In this document: positions 17,610 through 27,230 of the stretch, one piece after another
How positions within the stretch are numbered: position 1 is the first letter of the stretch
Layout of the letters: each line of letters begins with the position of its first letter
DNA from: Sinorhizobium meliloti
GTDB lineage: Bacteria; Pseudomonadota; Alphaproteobacteria; Rhizobiales; Rhizobiaceae
Length of the DNA: 32,000 nt
Direction of reading: 5' to 3'
NCBI RefSeq assembly: GCF_017876815.1
Contig: NZ_JAGIOS010000002.1
Coordinates: 1,590,001 to 1,622,000 of the forward strand
Position numbers and translations under genes: made by a program
The notes under the pieces: generated by a model
Told to the model about the DNA's origin: nothing
Seen by the model: the letters and a program-made list of their open reading frames with translations, nothing else
Databases searched by the model: none

Positions 17610-17637
17610 TTCGACAGGCACGATCGGCTGATATATC
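17610..17637 (+). promoter_or_regulatory. Candidate sigma-70-type promoter of the LacI-regulated operon (TTCGAC-N16-TATATC)
   Basis: Read directly from the sequence. TTCGAC also occurs as a direct repeat 12 nt upstream (17594-17599). Confidence 0.3.
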
Positions 17638-17642
17638 GCAGC

Positions 17643-17654
17643 TTAATCGTTTAA
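17643..17654. promoter_or_regulatory. Candidate LacI-family operator (CG-centred palindrome TTAATCGTTTAA)
   Basis: Five of six half-site pairs are complementary around a central CG, the usual LacI/PurR operator geometry. It lies 28 nt upstream of the regulator start and just downstream of a candidate -10. Confidence 0.35.
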
Positions 17655-17681
17655 TCATCCGATGCGGCGGAAGATAAGGCC

Positions 17682-18752
17682 TTGGCACGTTCCGGACCCA
17701 AACTGACGAGGATAGCCACGGCACTTGGCGTCTCCGCGGCGACGGTCTCCAACGCGCTCTCCGGCAAAGGGCGCGTCTCCGCCGAGCTTGCCGAGAAAAT
17801 CCGCTCGGTTGCGGCCGAGATCGGATATGTTCCGAGCCAGGCGGGAAGGGCGCTCAGGACCGGCAAGAGCGCGGTCATCGGGCTGGTTCTGCCTGACATC
17901 AGCAATCCGCTCTTTCCCCAGATCGCACAGGCGATCGAGTTTGCGGCATCTTCTGCCGGTTACGGCGTGCTGATCGCAGACTCCCGCGGCGACGTCGCCG
18001 TCCAGACGAGGGCGATCGAACGCCTCATCGAGCGGGGCGTCGACGGCATGGTCATCGTGCCGCGGCGGGGAACCCGCATTGCCGATGTCGGTTGCCCGGT
18101 CGCTGTGGTGGACACGCCCTCGACACCCGGCAACACGGTGGCGGCGGACCATTGGGACGGCGGAAGGCAGATCGCCGAGCATCTCGTCGGACTCGGTCAC
18201 AGGCGCTTGCTGATCCTAGGCAACAATCCCGCCTCCAACGTGCAGAACGACCGGATCGGCGGGCTTCGCTCGGCCATGCGCGAAGGCGCGCAGGCGGAGA
18301 CGCTGTGGATCGAACGGCTGGAGCAGGTACACGGCAAGGGCTGCTCGCTCGGGCTCGCCGGGAAGGTGGCGGAAGGCGTGACGGCCTTTGCGGCCGTCTC
18401 CGACCTGCAGGCGCTGCGCGCGCTCACGGAACTGCAACGGGCCGGCATCCATGTCCCGGAACAGGCGAGCGTCACCGGGTTCGACGACCTGATCTGGTCA
18501 CCGGTGGTGACGCCGGCGCTGACCACGATTCGGATGGATATGGCGCGCATCGCGACGCTCGCGGTCGAGGCGCTGGTGCAGGCGATCGGCGCCGGCGAAG
18601 CCGAATTTCCATCCCACGGCACGCCCGTTGCCGCCACCATTTCGAAAGTGCCCATGCAACTCGTCGTCCGCCAGTCCACGGCGACGCCACCATCAAACGT
18701 GCAGCCAGCCCCCAACGTAAAGCCACCCAGCGAAGGAGAACCGCAGTCATGA
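17682..18752 (+). CDS. LacI/PurR-family transcriptional regulator
   Basis: N-terminal HTH LTRIATALGVSAATVSNALSGKGRVSAELAEKIRSVAAEIGYVPSQAGRALRTGKS, followed by a periplasmic-binding-protein-like core. TTG start. The stop overlaps the next ATG (ATGA at 18749-18752). Confidence 0.85.
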   Translation: MARSGPKLTRIATALGVSAATVSNALSGKGRVSAELAEKIRSVAAEIGYVPSQAGRALRTGKSAVIGLVLPDISNPLFPQIAQAIEFAASSAGYGVLIADSRGDVAVQTRAIERLIERGVDGMVIVPRRGTRIADVGCPVAVVDTPSTPGNTVAADHWDGGRQIAEHLVGLGHRRLLILGNNPASNVQNDRIGGLRSAMREGAQAETLWIERLEQVHGKGCSLGLAGKVAEGVTAFAAVSDLQALRALTELQRAGIHVPEQASVTGFDDLIWSPVVTPALTTIRMDMARIATLAVEALVQAIGAGEAEFPSHGTPVAATISKVPMQLVVRQSTATPPSNVQPAPNVKPPSEGEPQS

Positions 18753-19771
18753 AGAAAATCCTCATCGCCTCGACCGCGCTCCTCTTGATCGGCGCCCATG
18801 GCGCATCCGCTCAGGAGAAGACCCTGACCATCTCCGTCTACGGCTTCGCCCAGGACGCGTTCAAGGAGCTGGTCTATGATTCATTCGAAGCCAAGTGCGG
18901 CTGCAAGCTCGTCGTCGAAACGGGCAACAGCGTCGAACGCCTTGCCAAGATGGAGGCAAACAAGGCCAATCCGGTCGTGGACATGGCGGTGGTTTCCATG
19001 GCGGACGCGCTTTCCGCTACAAGGGCCGGCCTGATCGACAAGATCGATACTTCGAAGCTCAGCAATTTCGACAAGCTCTACGACATCGCCAAGGACCCGA
19101 ACGGCGACGGCATGAGCATCGGCTACACTTTCTACGCCACCTCGATCGTCTATCGTTCCGACAAGGTGGAAGTCACGTCCTGGGCCGATCTACTCGGCGA
19201 CAAGCTAGCCGGCCATGTGGCTCTCCCGAACGTCACGACCAACCAGGGTCCGCCGACGCTCTACATGATCGGTGAAGCGCTCGGCCAGAATACGCCGGAC
19301 CTCAAGGCCGCGATCGCCGCAGTCGGCGAAAAGAAGGACGATATCGTCACCTTCTACGTCAAATCCTCGCAGCTCGTGCAGTTAATGCAGCAGGAAGAAA
19401 TCTGGGCGGCGCCGATCGGCCGGTTCTCCTGGGAAGGTTTCACCAAGATGGATCTGCCGATCAAGTGGGCGACCCCGAAGGAGGGCCAGACCGGCGGCAT
19501 GAACGTCATGGTTCTGGCCAAGGGCTCGAAGAACCAGGATCTCGCGCTTCAGTTCATGGACTTCTGGTTGTCGACGGAAATCCAGACGGCGCTCGCCGAA
19601 AAGCTGGTCGACAGCCCCGCCAACAAGGAAGTGAAGGTCTCGCCGGAGATCGCCGAGAACCTCACCTACGGCGAAGAAACGGTCAAGAACCTGAAGCTCA
19701 TCCCGTCGGCAGTGGCACTCGACAATCGGGAAGCGTGGCTTTCCGAGTGGAACGCCAAGGTCGGCCAGTAA
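18749..19771 (+). CDS. PotD/PotF-type (spermidine/putrescine-family fold) ABC substrate-binding protein
   Basis: Signal peptide MKKILIASTALLLIGAHGASAQ. Size (~340 aa) and sequence style fit the PotD-like SBP family. The upstream part of ORF 18092-19771 lies inside the LacI gene and was rejected. Confidence 0.85.
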   Translation: MKKILIASTALLLIGAHGASAQEKTLTISVYGFAQDAFKELVYDSFEAKCGCKLVVETGNSVERLAKMEANKANPVVDMAVVSMADALSATRAGLIDKIDTSKLSNFDKLYDIAKDPNGDGMSIGYTFYATSIVYRSDKVEVTSWADLLGDKLAGHVALPNVTTNQGPPTLYMIGEALGQNTPDLKAAIAAVGEKKDDIVTFYVKSSQLVQLMQQEEIWAAPIGRFSWEGFTKMDLPIKWATPKEGQTGGMNVMVLAKGSKNQDLALQFMDFWLSTEIQTALAEKLVDSPANKEVKVSPEIAENLTYGEETVKNLKLIPSAVALDNREAWLSEWNAKVGQ

Positions 19772-19859
19772 GAGCCTGGCTCTTGCCTTGCGCGACGCCA
19801 GATCCTGCCGGCGTCGCGCCACGTATCCAACGGCGGCACTGCCGCGGAAAGGCGTAGAG

Positions 19860-20687
19860 ATGTTCCACAACCGGGCCGAGGCGCTGGCACTTGCCTTGCC
19901 GGCGGCCGTGTTCGCCGCCGTCGTCTTTCTGGCGCCGGTTGTCATCCTGCTTGCCGAAGGCTTCCGCAATGTCGATGGCTGGTCGGTATCCGCCTATACC
20001 GGGTTCCTATCCGATCCGCTCAACCGGACGGTGTTCCTGCGCACGCTGCGGCTCGGCGCGGCGGTAACCGTGGTCGCTGCCGTCATCGGCTATGCCGCTG
20101 CCTTCGCCATCGTCAACCTGCCGCCGAAAGGCAAGGGCCGGATGATCGGCCTCGTGGTGCTGCCGCTGATGATATCGCCGGTTGCGCGCACCTATGCGTG
20201 GATCGTCATTCTGGGGAGGACCGGGATCGTCAACCAGGCATTGACGAGCGTCGGCCTGACCGACGAGCCGGTGCGCTTCCTGTTCACGGAGACGGCGGTC
20301 TTCGTCGGGCTCCTGCAGCTCTTTCTGCCGCTGATGATCCTGGCTCTGATCAGTGCGCTCGAAAACATGCCGAAGGACGCGATCCCCGCAGCGCGGGTAC
20401 TCGGCGCCAATTGGTTTCAGGTCTTCTGGAAGGTCATTTTGCCGCTCACCAGGGAAGGTCTTGTGATCGGCGGAACGCTCGTCTTCACCGGCTCCCTGAC
20501 AGCCTATATCACCCCGGCGATCCTCGGGGGCTCCAAGGTCCTGATGCTGGAAACGCTTCTTTATCAGCGTGTGACCGTCGCCAATGATTTCGTCTCCGCA
20601 AGCGTCATCGCCTTCATCCTGATCGTCATGAGCTTCGCGGCCAATCTTCTCTTGAAGCGGCTCGCGACCGCGAGGAGCAAGCGATGA
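19860..20687 (+). CDS. ABC importer permease (PotB-like)
   Basis: The ATG at 19860 is preceded by GGAAAGG. The protein is a multi-TM protein with the EAA-type loop LENMPKDAIPAARVLGANWFQVFWKVILPL. Confidence 0.85.
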   Translation: MFHNRAEALALALPAAVFAAVVFLAPVVILLAEGFRNVDGWSVSAYTGFLSDPLNRTVFLRTLRLGAAVTVVAAVIGYAAAFAIVNLPPKGKGRMIGLVVLPLMISPVARTYAWIVILGRTGIVNQALTSVGLTDEPVRFLFTETAVFVGLLQLFLPLMILALISALENMPKDAIPAARVLGANWFQVFWKVILPLTREGLVIGGTLVFTGSLTAYITPAILGGSKVLMLETLLYQRVTVANDFVSASVIAFILIVMSFAANLLLKRLATARSKR

Positions 20688-21463
20688 ATTCCCGTCTTTT
20701 CCCCGTAACGGTGCTCGTACTCGTCACCGCGTTCCTGATCGGCCCCTTCTTCATCATCGTCGCGGCATCCCTGTCGGGGGGCGAGACGCTTGCCTTTCCG
20801 CCGCAAGGCCTTTCGCTGAAATGGGTCGCAAAGGTCTTCGAGGTCGAGAGCTTCCGCGAGAGCTTCGCCATGTCGATGCTGCTTGCCATCGGCGGGACGG
20901 CTGCCGCCCTTGCCCTCGGCATCCCGGCATCCTACGCGCTTTCGCGTTACCGGCTGCCCTTCGGCGAAACGGTCCGCACCGTCGTCTCCCTGCCGATCAT
21001 CGTGCCCGGCATCATCGTCGGCCTGGCGCTGCTACGCTATCTCGTCGTTCCCTTCGGGTTCAATATCACGCTGGCGCTCTTCCTTGCACACACGGCGCTC
21101 GTGTTGCCCTATGCGGTGCGCGTCGTCTCGGCGAGCCTCAACAATCTGCGCTCCGATATCGAGGAGGCCGCGGTGCTGCTCGGCTCGTCACGCGCCGGCG
21201 CCTTTTTCCGGGTGGTCATGCCGAACATCCGCAGCGGCATTCTCGCCGCCTTCATTCTCGGCTTCGTCACCAGCTTCAATCAGGTGCCGGTTTCGTTGTT
21301 CCTGTCCGGCCCGGGCGTGCGCACGCTGCCGATCGACATGCTCTCCTACATGGAGATCACCTATGACCCGTCGGTCGCGGCCCTGTCGGCGCTGCTCGCC
21401 TTCATGTCCATCGGCATCGTCTTCCTCGCCGAGCGTTTTCTAGGATTTTCCCGCTATGTCTGA
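20684..21463 (+). CDS. ABC importer permease (PotC-like)
   Basis: ATGA overlap with the preceding gene. EAA loop LRSDIEEAAVLLGSSRAGAFFRVVMPNI. Confidence 0.85.
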   Translation: MNSRLFPVTVLVLVTAFLIGPFFIIVAASLSGGETLAFPPQGLSLKWVAKVFEVESFRESFAMSMLLAIGGTAAALALGIPASYALSRYRLPFGETVRTVVSLPIIVPGIIVGLALLRYLVVPFGFNITLALFLAHTALVLPYAVRVVSASLNNLRSDIEEAAVLLGSSRAGAFFRVVMPNIRSGILAAFILGFVTSFNQVPVSLFLSGPGVRTLPIDMLSYMEITYDPSVAALSALLAFMSIGIVFLAERFLGFSRYV

Positions 21464-22484
21464 TCCCGCCTTCCTCAGCCTCGAAAAATTGACGCTCGCC
21501 TATGGCGACACCGTCGCCGTGAAGGATCTCGACCTGTCGATCCGAAAAGGCGAATTGGTTGCGTTTCTCGGGCCTTCGGGCTGCGGCAAGACCACGACGA
21601 TGCGCTCCATCGCCGGCCTGCTGAAGCCGCAATCGGGCCGTATCAGCCTCGACGGCGCCGACATTACCCGCGTTGCCGCGAACAGGCGTTCCGTCGGTCT
21701 TGTCTTCCAGTCCTATGCGCTTTTCCCGCATCTCACCGTCTTCGAGAATGTCGCCTTCGGTCTTCGGCTGAAGGGCCTCTCCGGAGCGGAGCTCGAATCC
21801 CGCGTCGGGACCGGCCTGAAATCCGTCGGATTGACGAGCTTTGCCGACCGGAAGCCGGCCGAGCTTTCCGGCGGTCAGCAGCAGCGCGTAGCACTTGCCC
21901 GCTCGATGGTGATGGAGCCGAAGGTGCTTCTTCTCGACGAGCCGCTTTCCAACCTCGACGCGCGTCTGAGGCTCGAGATGCGCACGGAACTGCAGCGGGT
22001 CCAGAGGGAAACCGGCGTCACGATGATCTTCGTCACCCATGATCAGGGCGAGGCGCTGTCGCTGGCCGACCGCATCGTGGTGATGCTGAACGGCGCGATC
22101 GAGCAGATCGGCACGCCGGAAGAGATCTATAACCGGCCCGCCTCGGCCTTCGTGGCCGATTTCGTCGGCTTCGAGAACATCTTTGCCGTCGAGAACGGCA
22201 AATTGCGCGCCGGAAACGGCCCGATCGAGCTTCCCGGGCCTTTGCCGCACGATGCGGCGGGGCTTGCCTGGCGTCCGCGCATGGTGACCCTGGGATCAGG
22301 TCCTTTCCAGGGCACCGTGCGCGGGGCCTCTTTTTCCGGCAGCACGCGGGAATACCTGCTCGATACGCCGCTCGGTGCGCTGAAGGCCGAAGTGGATGCG
22401 GCCGTGCCCGCGCATGCCGCAGGCACCACGCTCGCCTTCGATCTGCCGGTCGAAAAGGCCGCGAAGCTGGAAAGGTTCAATTGA
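21456..22484 (+). CDS. ABC importer ATPase (PotA/MalK-like)
   Basis: GPSGCGKTT (Walker A), LSGGQQQRVALARS, LLLDEPLSNLD, and a C-terminal TOBE-like tail. It overlaps the preceding gene by 8 nt. Confidence 0.9.
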   Translation: MSDPAFLSLEKLTLAYGDTVAVKDLDLSIRKGELVAFLGPSGCGKTTTMRSIAGLLKPQSGRISLDGADITRVAANRRSVGLVFQSYALFPHLTVFENVAFGLRLKGLSGAELESRVGTGLKSVGLTSFADRKPAELSGGQQQRVALARSMVMEPKVLLLDEPLSNLDARLRLEMRTELQRVQRETGVTMIFVTHDQGEALSLADRIVVMLNGAIEQIGTPEEIYNRPASAFVADFVGFENIFAVENGKLRAGNGPIELPGPLPHDAAGLAWRPRMVTLGSGPFQGTVRGASFSGSTREYLLDTPLGALKAEVDAAVPAHAAGTTLAFDLPVEKAAKLERFN

Positions 22485-22490
22485 TCCGCA

Positions 22491-23414
22491 ATGGGCATCT
22501 GGATCGACACCGATATGGGCTTCGACGACATCGCCGCGATGCTCGTCGTCCTTCACGCCGGTGAGGCCCTCGACGGCGTCTCGCTGGTCTTCGGCAATGT
22601 GCCGCTCGAACAGGTGAGGCGCAACGCCGCGGCAGCAGCGCACGCCTTCGGCTGGACCTTTCCGATCCATCGGGGACGGGCGCTCCCCGTGCTCGGAAAG
22701 CTCGAGACGGCGGAGTGTATCCTCGGACAGACCGGCATGCCGACGTCGGGGCTGAGCCTCCCCGATGCACCCGCCCTGCCGGATAGCGATGCGTTCCCTG
22801 CGCTCTGCGGCTGGCTGGAGGACGGCGAAGGTCCGCATCGTATCCTGGCGCTCGGGCCGCTTACCAATATCGCTGCCCTTGCCCTGGCACGCCCCGACCT
22901 CGCCGCGCGGATCGACGAGCTCACCTGGATGGGCGGCGGTGTTTCCAGCGGCAATCATACGGCGTCCGCCGAGTTCAACGCCTTTGCCGATCCGGAAGCG
23001 CTCGCCATCGTGTTTGCCCACGGCGTGCCGTTCAGGATGGTCGATCTCGACCTCTGCCGGAAGGTCATCGCTTATCCGGACGATGTGGAGGCGATACGCA
23101 CCGCAGGTGGCGCAAAGGCCGCGCTGCTTGCCGATCTTCTCGCCGGCTACGTCGCGATCGGCACGAGCCGTGGACGGACCGGCATGGCGATCTACGATCC
23201 CTGCGCAGCCGTTGCGCTGGTCGATGGAGACGCTGTGTCGTTTCGCCCGGCGCGCATCGACGTCGAGCTTGCCGGAGCCTTGACGCGCGGCCGGACGGTG
23301 GTCGAGACCCGGGGGAGCCACGCGACATTCAACGCCCAATATGCGGTGGACGTCGACGCGGAACGTGCCCGCCGGCACCTGCTCGGTGCGCTCGCCAAGG
23401 AAGCCGCCAGATGA
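22491..23414 (+). CDS. Inosine/uridine-preferring-type nucleoside hydrolase
   Basis: N-terminal IWIDTDMGFDDIAAML matches the DTDxGxDD calcium/ribose-binding signature of the IUNH family. About 307 aa. Confidence 0.85.
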   Translation: MGIWIDTDMGFDDIAAMLVVLHAGEALDGVSLVFGNVPLEQVRRNAAAAAHAFGWTFPIHRGRALPVLGKLETAECILGQTGMPTSGLSLPDAPALPDSDAFPALCGWLEDGEGPHRILALGPLTNIAALALARPDLAARIDELTWMGGGVSSGNHTASAEFNAFADPEALAIVFAHGVPFRMVDLDLCRKVIAYPDDVEAIRTAGGAKAALLADLLAGYVAIGTSRGRTGMAIYDPCAAVALVDGDAVSFRPARIDVELAGALTRGRTVVETRGSHATFNAQYAVDVDAERARRHLLGALAKEAAR

Positions 23415-25192
23415 CGGTACTGCAGCAACCCTCCGACCTCGACGACGCCTGCTGGCGGGCGCGCGCAGTTGCCGCCGCACGCGGTGATGCGCGCTTCGAT
23501 GTGCTCGTGGCCGGCGGCACGGTCGTGGATGTCGCGACAGGCGAATGCCGCGCGGCGGATGTCGGGATCGTCGGTGCCCTGATCGCGAGCGTCCATGCAC
23601 CCGGGTCGCGCAGCGACGCGGACACGGTCATCGATGCGGCGGGAGCCTACATTTCGCCCGGCCTTATCGACACGCATATGCATGTCGAAAGCTCGATGGT
23701 GACGCCCGCGGTCTACGCTGCCGCCGTGGTGCCGCGCGGCGTGACGACCGTCGTCTGGGACCCGCACGAATTCGGCAATGTGAGCGGACTTGCCGGCGTG
23801 CGCTGGGCCGTCGACGCAATGGGCGGTCTACCCTTGCGCGCCGTGGTGCTGGCGCCGTCCTGCGTGCCCTCCGCTCCCGGCCTGGAGCTCGCCGGCGCGG
23901 ATTTCGACGCCGAAGCCGTTGCGGAAATGCTGTCCTGGCCGGAGATCGGCGGGATCGCCGAGGTCATGAACATGCGCGGCGTCATCGACGGCGATCCGCG
24001 CATGACTGCGATCGTCGAGGCGGGACTGAAGGCGGGCAAACCGGTCAACGGGCATGCGCGCGGCCTGAAGGGAGCCGATCTGCAGGCCTTCGTAACGGCC
24101 GGCGTCAGCTCCGATCACGAGCTCGTTTCGGGTGACGACCTCATCGCCAAACTTCGCGCCGGCCTGACCATCGAGCTGCGCGGCTCGCACGATCATCTTC
24201 TTCCCGAGTTCGTGACAGCGCTCGGTACTCTGGGCCATCTGCCGCAGACGGTCACGCTGTGTACCGACGACGTTTTCCCGGACGATCTTCACCGCGACGG
24301 CGGCCTCGACGACGTGGTCCGCCGCCTCGTACGCTACGGGCTCAAGGCCGAGTGGGCGCTGCAGGCGGCAACCCTGAACGCCGCCCGGCGGCTCGGAAGG
24401 GCCGATCTCGGCCTGATCGCACCGGGTCGCCGTGCCGACATCGTCCTCTTCGAGGACATTCGCGATTTCCGAGCGCTCCATGTGCTGGCGAACGGCAGGC
24501 TGGTGGCGAGCGGCGGCGGGATGCTTCAGGCGCCCGTCGCGGCCGATGTCTCGCCCCTGCGCCACACGATGAAGATCGAACCGCTGACAGAGGACGACTT
24601 TCGCATCGCTGCCACGGGCAGCACGGCCCGCGTCGTGACGATCGACCGGCCGCGCTTCACCCGATGGGGCGAGGCGGGAGCCGAGGTTTCGGACGGATAT
24701 CTGGTGCCGCCTGATGGCACGACGCTGATTGCCGTCGCCCATCGGCATGGCCGCGCCGACAGCCGACCGCGGGTCGGTTTGCTTGAAGGCTGGGGCGAGT
24801 GGCGCGGCGCCTTTGCGACAACCGTTTCGCATGACAGCCACAATCTGACGGTCTTCGGCAGCAGCCCGCGCGACATGACGGTTGCGGCCAATGCGGTGAT
24901 CGAAGCCGGCGGCGGAATGGCGGTCGTTGCCGAAGGCAAGGTCGAGGCGCTGCTGCCTCTGCCGCTATGCGGGCTTGTCTCCGATGCGCCGCTTGCCGAG
25001 GTCGCAGCGGGTTTCGCGGCCATTCGCGAGGCTGCCGGCAGAATCGTAGAGTGGCAGCCTCCCTATCTCGTGTTCAAGGCCTGCTTCGGGGCGACGCTCG
25101 CCTGCAATGCCGGGCCGCACCAGACGGATCGCGGCATTGCCGACGTAGCGACCGGCAAGCTGCTGGAAAGCCCGGTCCTGGAGACCTTCTGA
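23411..25192 (+). CDS. ade: Adenine deaminase
   Basis: ISPGLIDTHMHVESSMVTP (amidohydrolase metal site typical of Ade), GIAEVMNMRGV, TDDVFPDDL, and length ~590 aa. ATGA overlap with the nucleoside hydrolase gene. Confidence 0.9.
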   Translation: MTVLQQPSDLDDACWRARAVAAARGDARFDVLVAGGTVVDVATGECRAADVGIVGALIASVHAPGSRSDADTVIDAAGAYISPGLIDTHMHVESSMVTPAVYAAAVVPRGVTTVVWDPHEFGNVSGLAGVRWAVDAMGGLPLRAVVLAPSCVPSAPGLELAGADFDAEAVAEMLSWPEIGGIAEVMNMRGVIDGDPRMTAIVEAGLKAGKPVNGHARGLKGADLQAFVTAGVSSDHELVSGDDLIAKLRAGLTIELRGSHDHLLPEFVTALGTLGHLPQTVTLCTDDVFPDDLHRDGGLDDVVRRLVRYGLKAEWALQAATLNAARRLGRADLGLIAPGRRADIVLFEDIRDFRALHVLANGRLVASGGGMLQAPVAADVSPLRHTMKIEPLTEDDFRIAATGSTARVVTIDRPRFTRWGEAGAEVSDGYLVPPDGTTLIAVAHRHGRADSRPRVGLLEGWGEWRGAFATTVSHDSHNLTVFGSSPRDMTVAANAVIEAGGGMAVVAEGKVEALLPLPLCGLVSDAPLAEVAAGFAAIREAAGRIVEWQPPYLVFKACFGATLACNAGPHQTDRGIADVATGKLLESPVLETF

Positions 25193-25198
25193 CGCTCT

Positions 25199-26368
25199 TC
25201 AGGCCTTGAGTTCCTGCTCCACCAGCGCGGTCCAGAAGGCAGCCCCGGGGCCGATCGCCGCGTCGTTGAAGTCGTAGGCGCTGTTATGGTGCAGCGCGCC
25301 GTCGACGGCGGGACCATTCCCGAGCCAGACATAGCAGCCGGGCGCCTCCAGCGCGAAGAAGGCAAAGTCGTCGCCGGCGGTCGAGGGTGGGAAGCTGGTC
25401 AGCGCCTTCTCACCGAAGACGGACCGGGCGGCCGAAAGGGCGCGTGCCGTCGCGTCGGGATCGTTGACGACCGGGGGAATACGCCGCTCGAAGCGATAAT
25501 CGGCCTCGATGCCGTACATCGCCGCGGTCCCCAGCGCCAACCGGCCGATCTCTTCTTCCAACTGGTCGCGCACATGCGGCGTATAGGCACGCGCCGTGCC
25601 GCCGATCTCGACCGTGTCCGGAATGACGTTCAGCGCCTTGGGGTCGCCTGCTTGCAGCGCGCAGGCGCTGACGACCGCCGGCTGCAGCGGGTCGACGACC
25701 CGGCCGACGACGGTTTGCAGGGAAGCGAGGAATGTCCCCGCCGCCGTGATCGGATCGCGGCCGAGATGCGGCTTGGCGCCGTGCGTCCCGACTCCGCGGA
25801 AGGTGAGGCGCCAGCTGTCCGAGGAGGCAAGCTGCGGCCCCGCCACGACGGCCATCTCGTCCACTGCAAGCCCCGGCATGTTGTGCAGTCCATAGACCGC
25901 GTCGCAAGGGAAAAGATCGAAAAGCCCGTCCTCCACCATGCGCCTGGCGCCGCCGCGGCCTTCCTCGGCGGGCTGGAAGATGAAATGGACCGTTCCTGAG
26001 AAGTTGCGCGTCGCCGCAAGGTGGCGCGCCGCGCCGAGCAGCATCGTCGTATGGCCGTCATGGCCGCAGGCATGCATCTTCCCCGCTACCGTGGATTTGT
26101 AGGGCCGGTCGGCGAGTTCCGGCATGGCGAGCGCATCCATGTCGGCGCGCAGGCCGATCGCGCGCGTGCCGTTGCCGACCTGCAGCGTGCCAACGACGCC
26201 TGTCTTGCCGAGGCCGCGGTGGATCCTGAGGCCTGCTTCTTCGAGGATTCTCGCCACAAGATCGCTCGTCCGCTCTTCCTCGAAACCGAGTTCGGGATGA
26301 GCATGCAGGTCGCGGCGAAAGGCCGTGAGAAAGGTCAGATCGTCGGCAATCCCGGGGGGCACGCGCAT
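25199..26368 (-). CDS. M20D-family amidohydrolase (hippurate hydrolase / N-acyl-amino-acid amidohydrolase type)
   Basis: FRRDLHAHPELGFEEERT and HACGHDGHTTMLLGAARHL are signature M20D motifs. Confidence 0.85.
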   Translation of the reverse strand: MRVPPGIADDLTFLTAFRRDLHAHPELGFEEERTSDLVARILEEAGLRIHRGLGKTGVVGTLQVGNGTRAIGLRADMDALAMPELADRPYKSTVAGKMHACGHDGHTTMLLGAARHLAATRNFSGTVHFIFQPAEEGRGGARRMVEDGLFDLFPCDAVYGLHNMPGLAVDEMAVVAGPQLASSDSWRLTFRGVGTHGAKPHLGRDPITAAGTFLASLQTVVGRVVDPLQPAVVSACALQAGDPKALNVIPDTVEIGGTARAYTPHVRDQLEEEIGRLALGTAAMYGIEADYRFERRIPPVVNDPDATARALSAARSVFGEKALTSFPPSTAGDDFAFFALEAPGCYVWLGNGPAVDGALHHNSAYDFNDAAIGPGAAFWTALVEQELKA

Positions 26369-26519
26369 CGGCAGGCATTCCTTGAGCAGTCTGGAAAGAG
26401 CCTGAATTCCCCAGCTTTGGTTGCTGGGACGTGCCCTTTCGGTTTGATCGAAGCGGCAATGGGTATAGACGAAAAACTTAGGGATCAGAACCTTTTACTA
26501 AGTCGAATGGACGCCAGGC

Positions 26520-27230
26520 ATGACTGAAACGAAACCGATGGAGCCGCACGATTACTGGCAGGAGGTCTTTCCACCCGGCAGCTTTGTCGGAGACGGCGGC
26601 TTCCGCACCTTTTTTCCAGCCACTCTCGCGGACGGACGCCAAATCCTCCTGCCGATCCGGCCGCTTTCGGACGGCAGACATGCGCTCGCCTCGCTGATCA
26701 TCAATCAGGCGAGCTTCGAGGTGGAGGACGCGCTCGCTGAGGAACTGGCCGCCCGACTGGCGCCCTTCCGACCGGAAATCGTCGCGGGTCTTCCGACACT
26801 CGGCCTGACGCTCGCCGCAGCCCTTGCCCGCAAGCTCGGCCACAAGCGCTATGTGCCGCTCGGAACCTCGCGAAAATTCTGGTACGTCGACGATCTCTCC
26901 GTTCCCCTGTCGTCCATCACGACGCCCGGTCAGAAAAAGCGGCTCTATGTCGATCCCCGCATGCTGCCGCTGTTGCGGGGCCGGCGAGTCGTGCTGATCG
27001 ACGATGTGATATCGAGCGGAGCCTCGATCCTTGCCGGCCTGTCGCTGATGGCGGCCTGCGGCATCGAGCCGGTCGCGATCGGTGCCGCCATGTTGCAGTC
27101 GGAACGGTGGCGCCAGCCGCTCGCCGAACTCTCTCCGCAATGGCCGGATCGGACTGTAGGAGTCTTCGCGACGCCGATGCTCGTCCGGGCCGACGACGGT
27201 GCCTGGACCGCGTCCGATTCTCGGATCTAG
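26520..27230 (+). CDS. Type I phosphoribosyltransferase-domain protein
   Basis: PRPP-binding loop RRVVLIDDVISSGASI. The substrate cannot be assigned from sequence alone. Confidence 0.7.
   Translation: MTETKPMEPHDYWQEVFPPGSFVGDGGFRTFFPATLADGRQILLPIRPLSDGRHALASLIINQASFEVEDALAEELAARLAPFRPEIVAGLPTLGLTLAAALARKLGHKRYVPLGTSRKFWYVDDLSVPLSSITTPGQKKRLYVDPRMLPLLRGRRVVLIDDVISSGASILAGLSLMAACGIEPVAIGAAMLQSERWRQPLAELSPQWPDRTVGVFATPMLVRADDGAWTASDSRI

Noticed and set aside
25190-25201. Convergent stop codons of ade and the M20D gene are only 6 nt apart.
   Set aside because: It is merely tight packing. There is no room for any element and nothing further to interpret.
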